64,000 nt of DNA from Candidatus Eiseniibacteriota bacterium (GTDB lineage Bacteria > Eisenbacteria > RBG-16-71-46 > SZUA-252). Below, in pieces: positions 27,625 to 38,184 of the stretch; position 1 is the stretch's first letter; each line of letters starts with the position of its first letter. The stretch covers positions 354 to 64,353 of the forward strand of contig VBOR01000030.1 in assembly GCA_005893165.1 (NCBI GenBank), read 5' to 3'. The notes below the pieces were generated by a model. It ran no database searches. It was not told where the DNA came from and worked only from the letters and a program-made list of their open reading frames with translations. Position numbers and translations under genes: made by a program.

Positions 27625-28299
27625 GTGGTGAAGCCGTTACGGCTGCTCGTCCTGGCTTCGGGCCGTGGGTCCCATGCCGCCAATCTGATCGAGGCCACGA
27701 GAGACGGCAGGATTGCGGGCGAGGTGGTGCGGGTCGTGAGCGACCGGCCCGATGTCTCGGCGCTCGAAACCGCCCGCGCGATGGGAGTCCCGGATCAGGT
27801 GCTCGCGCCGGAGACGAAGGGCGCGCGCCTCGACCCGGAAGCGGAGCGGACGCTCCTGCGTCTGGCGCGCGAGGATCGCGCCGATCTCCTGGCGCTGTGC
27901 GGGTTCCTGCGCCTGCTCAGCTCTGACTTCCTCGAGCGTGTGCCGGCCCCGGTGCTGAACGTGCACCCGTCGCTGCTTCCGGCGTTCCGGGGACTCAACG
28001 CGCAGCGTCAGGCCATCGAGGCGGGCGTGCGCGTCACCGGCGTGACCGTGCACTTCGTGGACTCGGGTATCGATACGGGACCGATCCTGCTCCAGGCGCC
28101 GCTCGAGGTGCTTCCCGGCGACACGGAACAGACGCTTTCGGACCGGCTGCTTCCCCTCGAGCATCGTCTTTACGTCGAAGCCATTCGCCTGATCCAGCGC
28201 GGCGCGGTCCACCGGGAGGGCGGCAGGGTCCGCATCGATCCCGGCCGCGCCCAAGAGCCATCGGCGCCCGCGTGGGCCGAGCGGAGGAACGAACGATGA
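27625..28299 (+). CDS. purN: phosphoribosylglycinamide formyltransferase
   Basis: The GTG start gives VVKPLRLLVLASGRGSHAANL... with NVHPSLLP and the folate-site motifs of PurN. Confidence 0.85.
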   Translation: MVKPLRLLVLASGRGSHAANLIEATRDGRIAGEVVRVVSDRPDVSALETARAMGVPDQVLAPETKGARLDPEAERTLLRLAREDRADLLALCGFLRLLSSDFLERVPAPVLNVHPSLLPAFRGLNAQRQAIEAGVRVTGVTVHFVDSGIDTGPILLQAPLEVLPGDTEQTLSDRLLPLEHRLYVEAIRLIQRGAVHREGGRVRIDPGRAQEPSAPAWAERRNER

Positions 28300-29198
28300 G
28301 AGCCGTGGAGCGCGCGCTGCGCCAGATCGAGATTCCGGGAAGAGAGCCGGACTACGCAGGGAAGGTCCGCGACCTCTACGACCTCGGGGATTCCTTGCTG
28401 ATCGTCGCGACCGACCGCGTCTCCGCCTACGACGTGATCCTGGGGGAAGGGATCCCGGGCAAGGGAAGGGTGCTCACCCAGATCTCCCGCTTCTGGTTCG
28501 AGAAGCTTCGCGGACTCCTGCCGAACCACTACATCACCACCGACGTTGCTTCCTTTCCGGCGCCGTTCTCGCAGCACGGCTCGCTCCTCGAGGGGCGCTC
28601 CATGCGGGTCCGGCGCGCCAAGCGCTACGACGTCGAGTGCGTGGTGCGCGGGTACCTCGCGGGCTCCGGGTGGAAGGAGTACCAGGCGTCCGGCGCGGTC
28701 TGCGGGGTGAAGCTCCCGCCGGGGCTCAAGCTATCCTCCAAGCTCCCCGAGCCGATCTTCACGCCCGCGACCAAAGCCCAGGAAGGACACGACGAGAACA
28801 TCACGTTCGATCGCATGGCCTCGATCGTCGGACGACCCGTCGCCGAGAAGCTCCGCGAAGCGTCCCTCCGGATCTACCGCGCCGCGGCGGAGCACGCGCG
28901 CGAGCGTGGATTCATCCTCGCCGACACGAAGTTCGAATTCGGCGAGCGCGACGGCGCCCCTCTCTGGATCGACGAGGCGCTCTCGCCCGATTCTTCCCGC
29001 TACTGGCCGACGGAGGGCTATCGCGAGGGGGTCGCGCAGGACAGCTTCGACAAGCAGGTGATCCGCGACTATCTCGACTCGATCCGCTGGGATCGAAACC
29101 CTCCGCCGCCTCGCCTCCCCGACGAGGTGATCGAAAAAACAAGCCGCCGTTACGAGGAGGCGCTCGCCGGGATCACGGGGAGCCCTCGGCCGCGGTGA
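28296..29198 (+). CDS. purC: phosphoribosylaminoimidazole-succinocarboxamide synthase (SAICAR synthetase)
   Basis: The ATG overlaps the purN stop (ATGA). YAGKVRDLY...LIVATDRVSAYDVIL...ADTKFEFG is the canonical PurC pattern. Confidence 0.9.
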   Translation: MRAVERALRQIEIPGREPDYAGKVRDLYDLGDSLLIVATDRVSAYDVILGEGIPGKGRVLTQISRFWFEKLRGLLPNHYITTDVASFPAPFSQHGSLLEGRSMRVRRAKRYDVECVVRGYLAGSGWKEYQASGAVCGVKLPPGLKLSSKLPEPIFTPATKAQEGHDENITFDRMASIVGRPVAEKLREASLRIYRAAAEHARERGFILADTKFEFGERDGAPLWIDEALSPDSSRYWPTEGYREGVAQDSFDKQVIRDYLDSIRWDRNPPPPRLPDEVIEKTSRRYEEALAGITGSPRPR

Positions 29199-30799
29199 AC
29201 GAAATCCGGATCGGCCGCGCGCTCCTGTCCGTCTCGGACAAGACCGGGCTGATCGAGCTCGCCAACGGGCTCGCGCGGCACGGAGTCAAGATCGTCTCCA
29301 CCGGAGGCACCGGGGCGGCGCTGAAAGACGCAGGCGTCCCGGTGCGCGATGTCTCCGAGATCACCGGATACCCGGAGCTCTTCGGCGGCCGGGTCAAGAC
29401 GCTTCACCCTGCGGTGCACGGCGGCATCCTCTACCGGCGCGGGAATCGTACGGACGAGGAAGAGCGCCATCATCATGGCGTCGTCTCGATCGAGATGGTC
29501 GTCGTGAACCTCTATCCCTTCGAGAAGACCGTGGCGCGCCCCGGCGTGCCGGAGGCCGAGGCGGTGGAGCAGATCGACGTCGGCGGCCCGGCCCTGATCC
29601 GCGCCGCGGCCAAGAACCACGCACACGTGCTGACGGTGGTGGACCCGGACCAGTACGCCGAGGTGATCGACGCGTTGGACCGGGGCCGAGGCGCTCTGCC
29701 CGTGGCGATGGCGCGCAAGTACGCGCGGCGCGCGTTCGAACGCACCGCCGCCTACGATGCGGCGATCGCCAGCTACCTCGCGGCGCGTTGCCCGGACGGA
29801 GCCAAGGGCGCAGCGCCGGCTGCGCCACCCCCGGCGGGCCGGGGCGGCGCGCTTCCCGAGCGCATCGAGCATCGCTACCGGCTCCTCCAGAGACTTCGCT
29901 ACGGCGAGAATCCGGGGCAGGAGGGAGCCGTGTACGCGAAGGAGGAAGGGGGCGGGATCGAGGCGCTCGCCCAACTCAAGGGGAAGACGCTCTCCTACAA
30001 CAACTATCTCGACATCGAGGCCGCGCTCCATCTGCTGCACGAGTTCGAGGAGCCGGCCGCGGTCGTGGTGAAGCACCGCAATCCCTCGGGGGCCGCGGTC
30101 GCCCCCACCGTCGCCGCGGCGATCCCGCTCGCCCGGGATGCCGATTCGCTTTCGGCCTTCGGCGGGATCCTCGCCGTGAACCGTCCGCTGGACGACGCGG
30201 CGCTCGAGGCGATCGGGAGCCTCTTCCTCGAAGTCGTGGCCGCTCCCTCGATCACGGCTTCTCCCGAACGCCTCGAGCGAACGCGGAAGAACCTCATGGT
30301 GCTCGAGGCGCCGGATCTCCTGCGCGGCGCGACCGACCCCGTCGCGACGCGAAGTCTCCTGGGCGGCCTTCTCGCGGAGACGACGCCGGGACCGCCTCCG
30401 TTCCAGAGCTGGATGGCGGTCACCGCCAGGAAGCCGAGCGAGGCGGAGGCACGGGATCTCCGGTTCGCGTGGCGCGTCACCCGGCACGTGATCTCGAACG
30501 CGATCGTCATCGCCCGCGAGGGACGCACGCTCGGGATCGGGGCGGGGCAATCCTCGCGCGTGGACGCCGTGCGGCTCGCGCTCCTCAAGGCGGAGCGCTC
30601 GGGGCACGACGTGAAGGGCGCCGTGCTCTGCTCGGACGCGTTCTTTCCGTTTCCCGATTCGGTCGAGATGGCGGCGAAAGCCGGAATCGCGGCGATCGCG
30701 CAGCCCGGAGGCTCCGTGCGGGACGAGGAATCCATCGCGGCCGCGGAGGCGTGCGGCGTCGCCATGATGCTGACCGGAGAGAGGTGCTTTCTCCATTGA
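29195..30799 (+). CDS. purH: bifunctional AICAR transformylase / IMP cyclohydrolase
   Basis: The GTG overlaps the purC stop. ALLSVSDKTGL (MGS-like IMPCH domain) and the AICARFT domain are present through the C-terminus. Confidence 0.9.
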   Translation: MNEIRIGRALLSVSDKTGLIELANGLARHGVKIVSTGGTGAALKDAGVPVRDVSEITGYPELFGGRVKTLHPAVHGGILYRRGNRTDEEERHHHGVVSIEMVVVNLYPFEKTVARPGVPEAEAVEQIDVGGPALIRAAAKNHAHVLTVVDPDQYAEVIDALDRGRGALPVAMARKYARRAFERTAAYDAAIASYLAARCPDGAKGAAPAAPPPAGRGGALPERIEHRYRLLQRLRYGENPGQEGAVYAKEEGGGIEALAQLKGKTLSYNNYLDIEAALHLLHEFEEPAAVVVKHRNPSGAAVAPTVAAAIPLARDADSLSAFGGILAVNRPLDDAALEAIGSLFLEVVAAPSITASPERLERTRKNLMVLEAPDLLRGATDPVATRSLLGGLLAETTPGPPPFQSWMAVTARKPSEAEARDLRFAWRVTRHVISNAIVIAREGRTLGIGAGQSSRVDAVRLALLKAERSGHDVKGAVLCSDAFFPFPDSVEMAAKAGIAAIAQPGGSVRDEESIAAAEACGVAMMLTGERCFLH

Positions 30800-32334
30800 G
30801 CCACGAGCTGCTTCTCATCCTGGACTATGGGTCGCAATTCACGCAGCTCATCGCGCGCCGCGCGCGGGAGATGGGGGTGTACGCGGAGATCGTGAGCCCG
30901 CTCCTCTCGCGCAAGGAGATCGAAGGCCGGCGCCCGAAGGGGATCGTTCTCTCGGGCGGACCGAGGAGCGTCCTCGAGGAGGGCGCTCCCGGGCTGGATC
31001 GAGGAGTCCTCGATCTCGGCATTCCCGTGCTCGGGATCTGCTACGGCTTCCAGCTCCTCGCGCGCGACCTCGGTGGACGCGTGACTCCGAGCTCGCGCCG
31101 GGAGTACGGCGAGGCGACGCTCGCGGTCGAGTCCGAGGGACGTTTGCTTGCCGGCGTGGACCCGACGAGCCGGGTGTGGGCCAGCCACGGCGACGTGGTG
31201 GAGTCGATGCCGCGGGGATTCAGGAAGCTCGCGCACACCGAATCGGTCGACGTCGCGGCGGTGGAGGACCCCGAGCGCGGCGTCTACGCCGTGATGTTCC
31301 ATCCCGAGGTCGCGCATTCCACCCAGGGCACCCGCATCCTCCGGAATTTCCTCTTCGAGGTGTGCGGGTTCCACGGCGATTGGACGATGGGGCAGGTGCT
31401 GGACGAATCGGTGGAGAAGGTCCGCGCTCAGGTGGGCGCGCGCCGCGTGCTCTGCGCGCTGAGCGGCGGCGTGGATTCCTCGGTCGTGGCGGCGCTCCTG
31501 CACCGCGCCGTACCCGGGCAGGTTCTCGCGGTCTTCGTGGACCATGGGCTCCTGCGTCTGGGCGAAGCCGAGCAGGTGGGTCGCGCGATGAGGCCCATCC
31601 TGGACCGGGACCTCGTCACCGTGGATGCGCGCGACCGGTTCCTCTCGGCCCTCCACGGGGTCGAGGATCCGGAGCGGAAGCGGAAGATCATCGGCGCGGA
31701 GTTCATCAATGTCTTCGAGCAGGCGGCGCAGGAGCGCGGGGGAGCCGATCTCCTGGCCCAGGGGACCCTCTATCCCGACGTCATCGAGAGCATCTCGACC
31801 CGCGGCCCCTCGGCGAAGATCAAATCCCACCACAACGTGGGGGGGCTCCCGGACCGAATGAAGATGGAACTTGTGGAGCCGTTACGGGAATTATTCAAGG
31901 ACGAGGTCCGGGAGCTTGGGGGGCTGCTGGGCCTCCCCGCCGCCGTCGTCGGTCGCCATCCCTTTCCAGGGCCGGGTCTTGCGGTCCGGATTCTCGGTCC
32001 GGTGACCCCCGAAGCAGTGAAGACCCTGCAGCTCGCGGACGATATATTCATCACCGAGCTTCGCAGGGGCGGGCTCTATGACGACGTGTGGCAAGCATTT
32101 GCGGTGCTTCTTCCCGTCCGCACCGTGGGGGTGATGGGGGACGGGAGGACCTACGACCAGGTCGTCGCTTTGCGGGCGGTCACCTCCAGCGATGGGATGA
32201 CCGCCGACTGGGCGCGGCTTCCGGATTCGTTCCTGGCCCGGGTATCCTCCCGGATCGTGAACGAGGTTCCGGGCGTGAACCGGGTCGTGTACGACATCAG
32301 CTCGAAACCTCCCGCGACGATCGAGTGGGAGTGA
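30796..32334 (+). CDS. guaA: GMP synthase (glutamine-hydrolysing)
   Basis: The TTG overlaps the purH stop. ILILDYGSQFTQLIARR (GATase), the ATP-PPase motif SGGVDSSV and the C-terminal dimerisation domain ending ...IEWE are present. Confidence 0.9.
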   Translation: MSHELLLILDYGSQFTQLIARRAREMGVYAEIVSPLLSRKEIEGRRPKGIVLSGGPRSVLEEGAPGLDRGVLDLGIPVLGICYGFQLLARDLGGRVTPSSRREYGEATLAVESEGRLLAGVDPTSRVWASHGDVVESMPRGFRKLAHTESVDVAAVEDPERGVYAVMFHPEVAHSTQGTRILRNFLFEVCGFHGDWTMGQVLDESVEKVRAQVGARRVLCALSGGVDSSVVAALLHRAVPGQVLAVFVDHGLLRLGEAEQVGRAMRPILDRDLVTVDARDRFLSALHGVEDPERKRKIIGAEFINVFEQAAQERGGADLLAQGTLYPDVIESISTRGPSAKIKSHHNVGGLPDRMKMELVEPLRELFKDEVRELGGLLGLPAAVVGRHPFPGPGLAVRILGPVTPEAVKTLQLADDIFITELRRGGLYDDVWQAFAVLLPVRTVGVMGDGRTYDQVVALRAVTSSDGMTADWARLPDSFLARVSSRIVNEVPGVNRVVYDISSKPPATIEWE

Positions 32335-32363
32335 GTACGGACACTCATATCCGGGAGGTAGTC

Positions 32364-35237
32364 TTGAAGCGATTGGAATGGGCCGCGATTTCCGCGGGTC
32401 TGACGTTGTGCTTGCTCCTGCCCGCGGGGCCACGCCAGGCGCGCGCGGCCGATGTCTCACCCCGGGTCGTGGAGGCCGCCCGCGCCGCGGGGCAGGAAGC
32501 CCTGCTCAGGAAGAACATCGAGCGATACAAGATGAGCCGGGCCTGGGGCGTGGATCAGATCTACCCGTCCTACGGGCTGAACATGGCGAAGTATCCGCGC
32601 GACGGCATTGCCCACCGGAACCTTCTCGTCGTGCTCTGCGACTTTCCCGCCGATGCCTTCGGGCCCGCGGTCCACCACGGAGCGGCCAGCACGCCCGGCT
32701 ACTACAACAGGCTGTTCTTCGGCGACGATCCGAACGACGGGATCATCAGCCTGCGCGAATTCTACCGGACGAACTCGCACGGCCGCCTCATCATCTCCGG
32801 CCGCGTCACGCCCGAGTGGGTGGCCATGCCGCATTCGTATGCGTACTACGCGAACGGAGCCTCGGGGCTGGACTTCGGCTCCTACCCGCGCAGCTCCCAG
32901 AGGGCCGCCGAGGACGCGATGACCGCGGCGTACAACTCCTTCGGCGGGAGCCTGAGCTACTTCGACAACGACGGGCCCGACGGAATTCCCTCGAGCGGCG
33001 ACGACGACGGCTACATCGACGCGACGATCGTGATCCACCCCGGCCAGGGAGCGGAGGTCGCCCTGCCGCAGTACGAGCCCGACTATCTCTGGTCGCACGA
33101 GGCCGGCATCAGCGTCTACCAGGATTGTCCGCAGCCCAGCAGCCCGGATTGCCTTCCCGGGATGCTCCTCGGAAACGTCCGTGGATTCCTCTACACGATG
33201 AACGGCGAATTCAACTACCAGCCGGGCGACAAGGCCAACGGCACCTACTATCACGAATTCGGCCACACCCTGGGGCTGGCCGATCTCTACGAGATCAGCG
33301 CCTGCGGCAATCCGGTCGGGCAGGGCCTCGGCGTCTACTCGCTCATGAGTCTTGGAAACTATCTCCCGCTCTCGCCCCCCGAGGCGCAGGGAACGCGCGC
33401 GGGCGCGATCGATCCCTGGTCGCGCGCGTTTCTCGGGTTTGAGCAGCCCCTGGTGGTGGGTGTGGCGGGGCATTACACCCTGGCGCCCCTGACTCAGGGG
33501 GGCTACGTGCTCAAAGTCTGGAAGAACGGACAACCCGGGACCGAATACTACCTCGTGGAGAACCGGAACCAGGAAGGGCTCGACGCGGCGCTCCCCGGCG
33601 GCGGACTTCTGATCTACCACGCCGACGACACGATGATCGACAACTGCCGTGACTGCGACAACCCGTCGTGCCTCGTTCCCCCGGCGCCTCACGGCCGCGT
33701 GCACGTCGTGCAGGCGGACGGGCGGAACGACATCGAGACGCCGCCTCCCACAAGCCCGGTTCCTCCCCAGTACTACGGCGAGGCCGCGGACTTTTTCCCC
33801 GGCTCGCTGGGGGTGACGTCCTGGACCCAGAGCACGACCCCCAACACGCACGACTACGCCGGCGGCGACACCGGAATCCGGATGACGAACATCGTCCGGG
33901 CCGCGGACGGAAGCGTGTCCTTCGATCTTGGCATCGCGCTGGCCCCCGAGATGGTGGTGTTCCAGGTGAACGTGCAAGATGGAGGCGCGGGGAACGGAAA
34001 CGGCATCCTGGACAACGCCGAGACGGATTCGCTCTCGATGCTGATCCAGAACGTCGGCACCCCTTCCGGCTCGCTCACCTTAACGCTGAGCACCACCGAC
34101 CCCGGCGTCACCGTGGTGAGCGGCGTCTCCGCCTCGACACCCGCCTCGGCCACCGCGATGGGGGTGGTCCAGAACGCGACGCCTTTCGTCGTGACGGTCG
34201 GGACCTATCCGACCCTCCCGCATGCGGTGCCGTTCACACTGGCCTGGACCGACGGAACGACGAGCGGCACCCAGCCGTTCACCCTGACCGTCGGGATGGG
34301 GACAGGGCTCACGGAGGACTTCGAATCGGGACTCGGGAACTGGACCACCGCGGCCATCGCGCCCTCGACCGCGAACGAGTGGCATCTCTCCACCACGCGC
34401 GCCTTCGGAGGATCCGCGACGAGCATGAAGGTGGGGAGCACGCAGGATCCCAACGGGCTGGCCTCCAACGCCGCGAAGACCTACGCGAACAACGAGGACG
34501 CGGTGCTGGTGTCCCCGATGTTCCTTGTCCCGTCGGGATCGCAGCTCGAGTTTTCCTCGTGGATCGATGCCGAGACGAACGGCGGCGTGTCCGCCTTCGA
34601 CGGAGCCAGGGTGGAGATCTCTCTTCGCGGAGGTCCCTGGGAGCCGCTCGGCGTGGACGGAGGCTACGGCCAGCATCTCACCTTCGATTCGGGCGCGGCG
34701 CTCCGGGGACAGGATGTGTTCTCCGGCTCTCCCTCGAGCTGGCGCAGGGTCGTCGCGGACCTCTCGCCGTACTCGGGTGCGGCCCAGATCCGGTTCCGGT
34801 TCGCTTCGAACGAGGTCAATCAGCCATACGACCTCAATCTGGGGTCGCTCGCGAGGTACTACGAAGGCTGGTACGTGGACGCGGTCGCCGTGAAGGCGCG
34901 CGTCCAGCCCGGACCGCCGAGGCGCATTCTCTCCTTCCGGGCCGGTCCGAATCCGTATCGCGTGCAGAACGGCTTCACCTCGGCCATCACGTTCCGGTTC
35001 AGCGCGCCGGACGGCCTGCCGCATCCCGGCCTCGCACCTCAGATAAAGATCTACGACACCCACGGCAGGCTGGTGCGCACGCTCGACGCTTCGGTCGAGC
35101 CGCTCAGCGGGAGTGAATTCCGCGCGAGCTGGAACGCCCACACCGACAAGGGCAGGCTCGCGTCCTCGGGCATCTACTTCGCCAAGGTCGACATCCTGGG
35201 ACAGACACAAGTCTTCCGACTCGTCCTGCTCCGGTAG
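32364..35237 (+). CDS. secreted M6-family (immune inhibitor A-like) zinc metalloprotease with C-terminal T9SS-type sorting domain
   Basis: TTG start with a GGGAGG RBS 7 nt upstream. It has a signal peptide, the HEFGHTLGLADLYE zincin motif, and a C-terminal approximately 90 aa (...IKIYDTHGRLVRTLDA...GIYFAKVDILGQTQVFRLVLLR) matching the Por_Secre_tail / T9SS CTD pattern. Confidence 0.8.
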   Translation: MKRLEWAAISAGLTLCLLLPAGPRQARAADVSPRVVEAARAAGQEALLRKNIERYKMSRAWGVDQIYPSYGLNMAKYPRDGIAHRNLLVVLCDFPADAFGPAVHHGAASTPGYYNRLFFGDDPNDGIISLREFYRTNSHGRLIISGRVTPEWVAMPHSYAYYANGASGLDFGSYPRSSQRAAEDAMTAAYNSFGGSLSYFDNDGPDGIPSSGDDDGYIDATIVIHPGQGAEVALPQYEPDYLWSHEAGISVYQDCPQPSSPDCLPGMLLGNVRGFLYTMNGEFNYQPGDKANGTYYHEFGHTLGLADLYEISACGNPVGQGLGVYSLMSLGNYLPLSPPEAQGTRAGAIDPWSRAFLGFEQPLVVGVAGHYTLAPLTQGGYVLKVWKNGQPGTEYYLVENRNQEGLDAALPGGGLLIYHADDTMIDNCRDCDNPSCLVPPAPHGRVHVVQADGRNDIETPPPTSPVPPQYYGEAADFFPGSLGVTSWTQSTTPNTHDYAGGDTGIRMTNIVRAADGSVSFDLGIALAPEMVVFQVNVQDGGAGNGNGILDNAETDSLSMLIQNVGTPSGSLTLTLSTTDPGVTVVSGVSASTPASATAMGVVQNATPFVVTVGTYPTLPHAVPFTLAWTDGTTSGTQPFTLTVGMGTGLTEDFESGLGNWTTAAIAPSTANEWHLSTTRAFGGSATSMKVGSTQDPNGLASNAAKTYANNEDAVLVSPMFLVPSGSQLEFSSWIDAETNGGVSAFDGARVEISLRGGPWEPLGVDGGYGQHLTFDSGAALRGQDVFSGSPSSWRRVVADLSPYSGAAQIRFRFASNEVNQPYDLNLGSLARYYEGWYVDAVAVKARVQPGPPRRILSFRAGPNPYRVQNGFTSAITFRFSAPDGLPHPGLAPQIKIYDTHGRLVRTLDASVEPLSGSEFRASWNAHTDKGRLASSGIYFAKVDILGQTQVFRLVLLR

Positions 35238-35272
35238 GCGGGTTGATTCGCGGGCGGGGCGTGTGGGTGGGC

Positions 35273-37510
35273 ATGGCGATCGCCGTGCTTCTCTGCGCCC
35301 CGCCGTTTCTTTCCTCCCCCGCGCTCGCCGCGAAGCGCCCGGCCCGCCCCGGTCACGAGATCCTCGCCGCCAAGAGCGCACGCGATTCCGCGCGGGCCGC
35401 ATGGACGCGCGAGCGGTGGAGCGGGACCTTGTCGGGCCTCCGCGCCGCCCAGGCGCGCCTGGACGCGGCGTCCGACCGCTACCGCATCGCGCTCCGTGAC
35501 GCACCTCTTCCCGCGACGATTCCGTCGCGGGAGCGCGAGACCTGGAGCGAGGTCGCGCTGGAGCTCGCGGAGTCCGGGGCCTGGCAGAAGAGCCTCGGCC
35601 TCCTCCGAGGTCCTCTGGGCTCACCCCCGCTGCTGCGTCCCATCGAGGCGCTCGCGGCGGGAACGACCCGGACCCCGAAAGCGGGTCTCGACATGCTCCC
35701 GTGGCCTCCCGACCGGGCGCTCCGATCCGGCCGGGGCTCGGACGAGGCCACCCTCTTCGTCGCGGCGCAGCTCAGCGACTCCGCCGCGCTCGCGCGTTCC
35801 GCGCGCACCGCCCGCTGGTTCCTTCTCGACGAGAGCCGCCCCGCCACGGCGCGCGCCTGGGCCCGGATCTCCCTCGCGCGCTCGCTCGCACGCGGAGGCG
35901 AGCCGCTTCTCGCGCGGGAGCTTCTGGCAAGGGCGCGATCGCGCACGAGCCAGGAGAATCTCCTCCTCGCGGACCTGACCGCGTCCACAGGGGACACGGT
36001 CGCGGCGGCGCACCAGCTCTCGGGAATCGCGGCGCGCACCGACCTGCCGACCGCGGACCGCTACGCGGCCGCGATGCGCGCGGCCGGGTGGGCGCAGGGG
36101 ACCGTGACTCCGGACTCGATGAGCGAGCGCGAGTGGATGGGCCTCCTGCGCTCCCTCAACGACGTGGGGGAGCCTTCCCTCGCCCTCCGCCTGCTCGATG
36201 CGCGGCGGAAGGCGGCCCCCGACGCCGCGGCGTCGGCGGAGCGCGAGGACCTCCGCGCCATGCTCCTCTATCGCGCGCGGCGCTACGAGAACGCGGCGGC
36301 GGAATACCGCCGGCTGCTCACGCGCGCGAAGCGCCCGCAGCCTTCGCGCGCGGACCTGGCGCTGGGGCTGGCGCGCTCCCTGCGATCGCTCCGCCAGTTC
36401 GCGCTCTCCGACAGCGCCTTCGTGCTCGCCTCCGCGCTGGACACCTCGGGAACGACGGGGGAGACCGCCGCGTGGGAGCGGGCGCGGGAGTGGGAGGACC
36501 AGAAATCCCCCCGCGAGGCGGCCCTGGTGCTGCGGTGGGCCCGCGGACGCGTCCGCACCGAGCCCCTGCGCTCGACGGTGCGTTTGCACGAGGCCATCGC
36601 GTGGATCCGCGCCGACTCGCTCGCGCGCGCCGATTCGGCTCTGGCCGCTTCCGGCCCCGAGGGGGACGCCCGGATTCCGTTCTGGCGAGGCTGGGTGGCG
36701 TCGGCCCTGGGGGATTCGGCGCGAGCCCGCGCTTCGTATCGCCGCGCCTGGGAGGCGGACCCCTGGTCCTACGAAGGGGTCCGCGCGCGCGAGCTCTCCT
36801 CGCTCCCCGTGGACGCGACCCAGGGGGTGCCCCTGGCACGCACGAGGCACGCCGTCCGTCACGCGCAGGCCCCTCCGCCTCAGGCGCGCATCCTGAACGC
36901 GGTCGGCTTCCACGACCTCGCCCTCGAGACGCTCCGTGCCTCCGCGATGGGGGACGCCGAGCCGCGGGCGAACGGCTGCATCGATCAGCTCGAGGACGAG
37001 GGAATCTTCCGCGTGGGACGCGCGGACCAGACGCTCGATTTGAGGCTCCGGTTTCCGCCCGCCTTCGCCGGCGCGGTGTTCCGGGCCTCCGGCGAGGAAA
37101 GCCTGAGCGCTGCGTTTCTCTGGTCCATCATGCGGCTGGAAAGCGGATACAATCCCGCCGCGCGGTCGCGCGCGGGAGCGCTGGGGCTCCTGCAGCTCAT
37201 GTCCCCGACCGCGTCGCGCCTCGCGGGACGCAGGGTTCCGGTGGATTCGCTCACGGACCCGGTCCTGAACGTGAAGCTGGGCGCTCGATATCTTCGCCGG
37301 CTCGCGCGGGAGTTCGGGGATCTCCGGCCGGTGGCCGCCGCGTACAACAGCGGCGAGGACGCGGTGAGGCGGTGGATCGCGGCCCATCCGCGGATCGACG
37401 ATCTGTGGGTGGAGCTCATTCCGTACCGGGAGACGAGAGACTACGTGAAGCAGACCTACGCCGCGATGCGGCGCTACGAGGCGGTGTATGAATCGGCGCC
37501 GTCTCGCTGA
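35273..37510 (+). CDS. soluble lytic murein transglycosylase (Slt70-like: superhelical repeat domain plus C-terminal SLT domain)
   Basis: Signal peptide. The C-terminal FLWSIMRLESGYNPAARSRAGALGLLQLM...AAYNSGEDAV is the SLT catalytic motif. The alternative TTG start at 35243 is 30 nt upstream. Confidence 0.8.
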   Translation: MAIAVLLCAPPFLSSPALAAKRPARPGHEILAAKSARDSARAAWTRERWSGTLSGLRAAQARLDAASDRYRIALRDAPLPATIPSRERETWSEVALELAESGAWQKSLGLLRGPLGSPPLLRPIEALAAGTTRTPKAGLDMLPWPPDRALRSGRGSDEATLFVAAQLSDSAALARSARTARWFLLDESRPATARAWARISLARSLARGGEPLLARELLARARSRTSQENLLLADLTASTGDTVAAAHQLSGIAARTDLPTADRYAAAMRAAGWAQGTVTPDSMSEREWMGLLRSLNDVGEPSLALRLLDARRKAAPDAAASAEREDLRAMLLYRARRYENAAAEYRRLLTRAKRPQPSRADLALGLARSLRSLRQFALSDSAFVLASALDTSGTTGETAAWERAREWEDQKSPREAALVLRWARGRVRTEPLRSTVRLHEAIAWIRADSLARADSALAASGPEGDARIPFWRGWVASALGDSARARASYRRAWEADPWSYEGVRARELSSLPVDATQGVPLARTRHAVRHAQAPPPQARILNAVGFHDLALETLRASAMGDAEPRANGCIDQLEDEGIFRVGRADQTLDLRLRFPPAFAGAVFRASGEESLSAAFLWSIMRLESGYNPAARSRAGALGLLQLMSPTASRLAGRRVPVDSLTDPVLNVKLGARYLRRLAREFGDLRPVAAAYNSGEDAVRRWIAAHPRIDDLWVELIPYRETRDYVKQTYAAMRRYEAVYESAPSR

Positions 37511-37519
37511 GGAGCGGGC

Positions 37520-38101
37520 GTGCTCCTGACCTCGGAGCTGAAGCGAAAAGCCATCCACCTCGCCTCGTTCTCGATCCCGATCGCCTACTACCTGAGCCCG
37601 CCCTCCTGGTCGCGCAACTGGCAGCGCGCGCTCCTCGCCCTGGTGATCCTCTCGCTCGCGATCGAGGTGGTCCGGCTCCACAATCCGCGGATCCGGAACG
37701 TGTTTCGCCACTTCTTCGGAGAGCTGCTCCGGAACCACGAGGAGGTCTCGCTCCTCGGCTCCACGTATCTGCTCATCGCGATGCTCCTCACCCTCCACCT
37801 CTTCGAGAAACCGGTGGCGTTCCTGGCCCTGGGGTTTCTCATCCTCGGGGACACGGTGGCCGCGATCGTGGGGAAGTGGATCGGCAAGGTCCGGCTTCTC
37901 GGCGGAAAGACCCTGGAGGGGAGCGCGGCCTGTCTTCTGGTCTGCTTCGGACTCACGTTCTTCATGCCCGACATTCCGTGGTACGTGGGACTGGTCGGCG
38001 CCCTCACCGCGACCGTGTTCGAGCTCCTGCCCATCCCTCTCGACGACAATTTCCGGATTCCCCTCTCGGCGGGCTTCGCGATGGAGCTTCTGCTTCGCTG
38101 A
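37520..38101 (+). CDS. CTP-dependent polyprenol/dolichol kinase-like membrane protein (CdsA/SEC59 superfamily)
   Basis: GTG start. Polytopic 193-aa protein with the C-terminal GKTLEGSAACLL motif resembling the CTP-transferase family signature. Confidence 0.55.
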   Translation: MLLTSELKRKAIHLASFSIPIAYYLSPPSWSRNWQRALLALVILSLAIEVVRLHNPRIRNVFRHFFGELLRNHEEVSLLGSTYLLIAMLLTLHLFEKPVAFLALGFLILGDTVAAIVGKWIGKVRLLGGKTLEGSAACLLVCFGLTFFMPDIPWYVGLVGALTATVFELLPIPLDDNFRIPLSAGFAMELLLR

Positions 38102-38131
38102 GACCGCGGGAACTCCTCCGGGGTTTCTTCT

Positions 38132-38184
38132 ACTATCTAGATAGCTGAATCTGCCTTGACAGGCGCGGCATCCACTTCATAGAC
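38132..38184 (+). promoter_or_regulatory. putative secA promoter region: 12-bp perfect AT-rich palindrome CTATCTAGATAG followed by TTGACA-18-TAGACT
   Basis: Palindrome at 38132-38143, -35 at 38155-38160 and -10 at about 38179-38184, about 200 nt upstream of secA ATG. Confidence 0.3.

Noticed and set aside
23923-28299. 1458-aa + strand ORF spanning the PEGA protein, comEC and purN
   Set aside because: Only its last 225 codons (from GTG 27625) match PurN. The upstream part is out-of-frame read-through across the real comEC and PEGA genes and has a nonsense R/G-rich composition.
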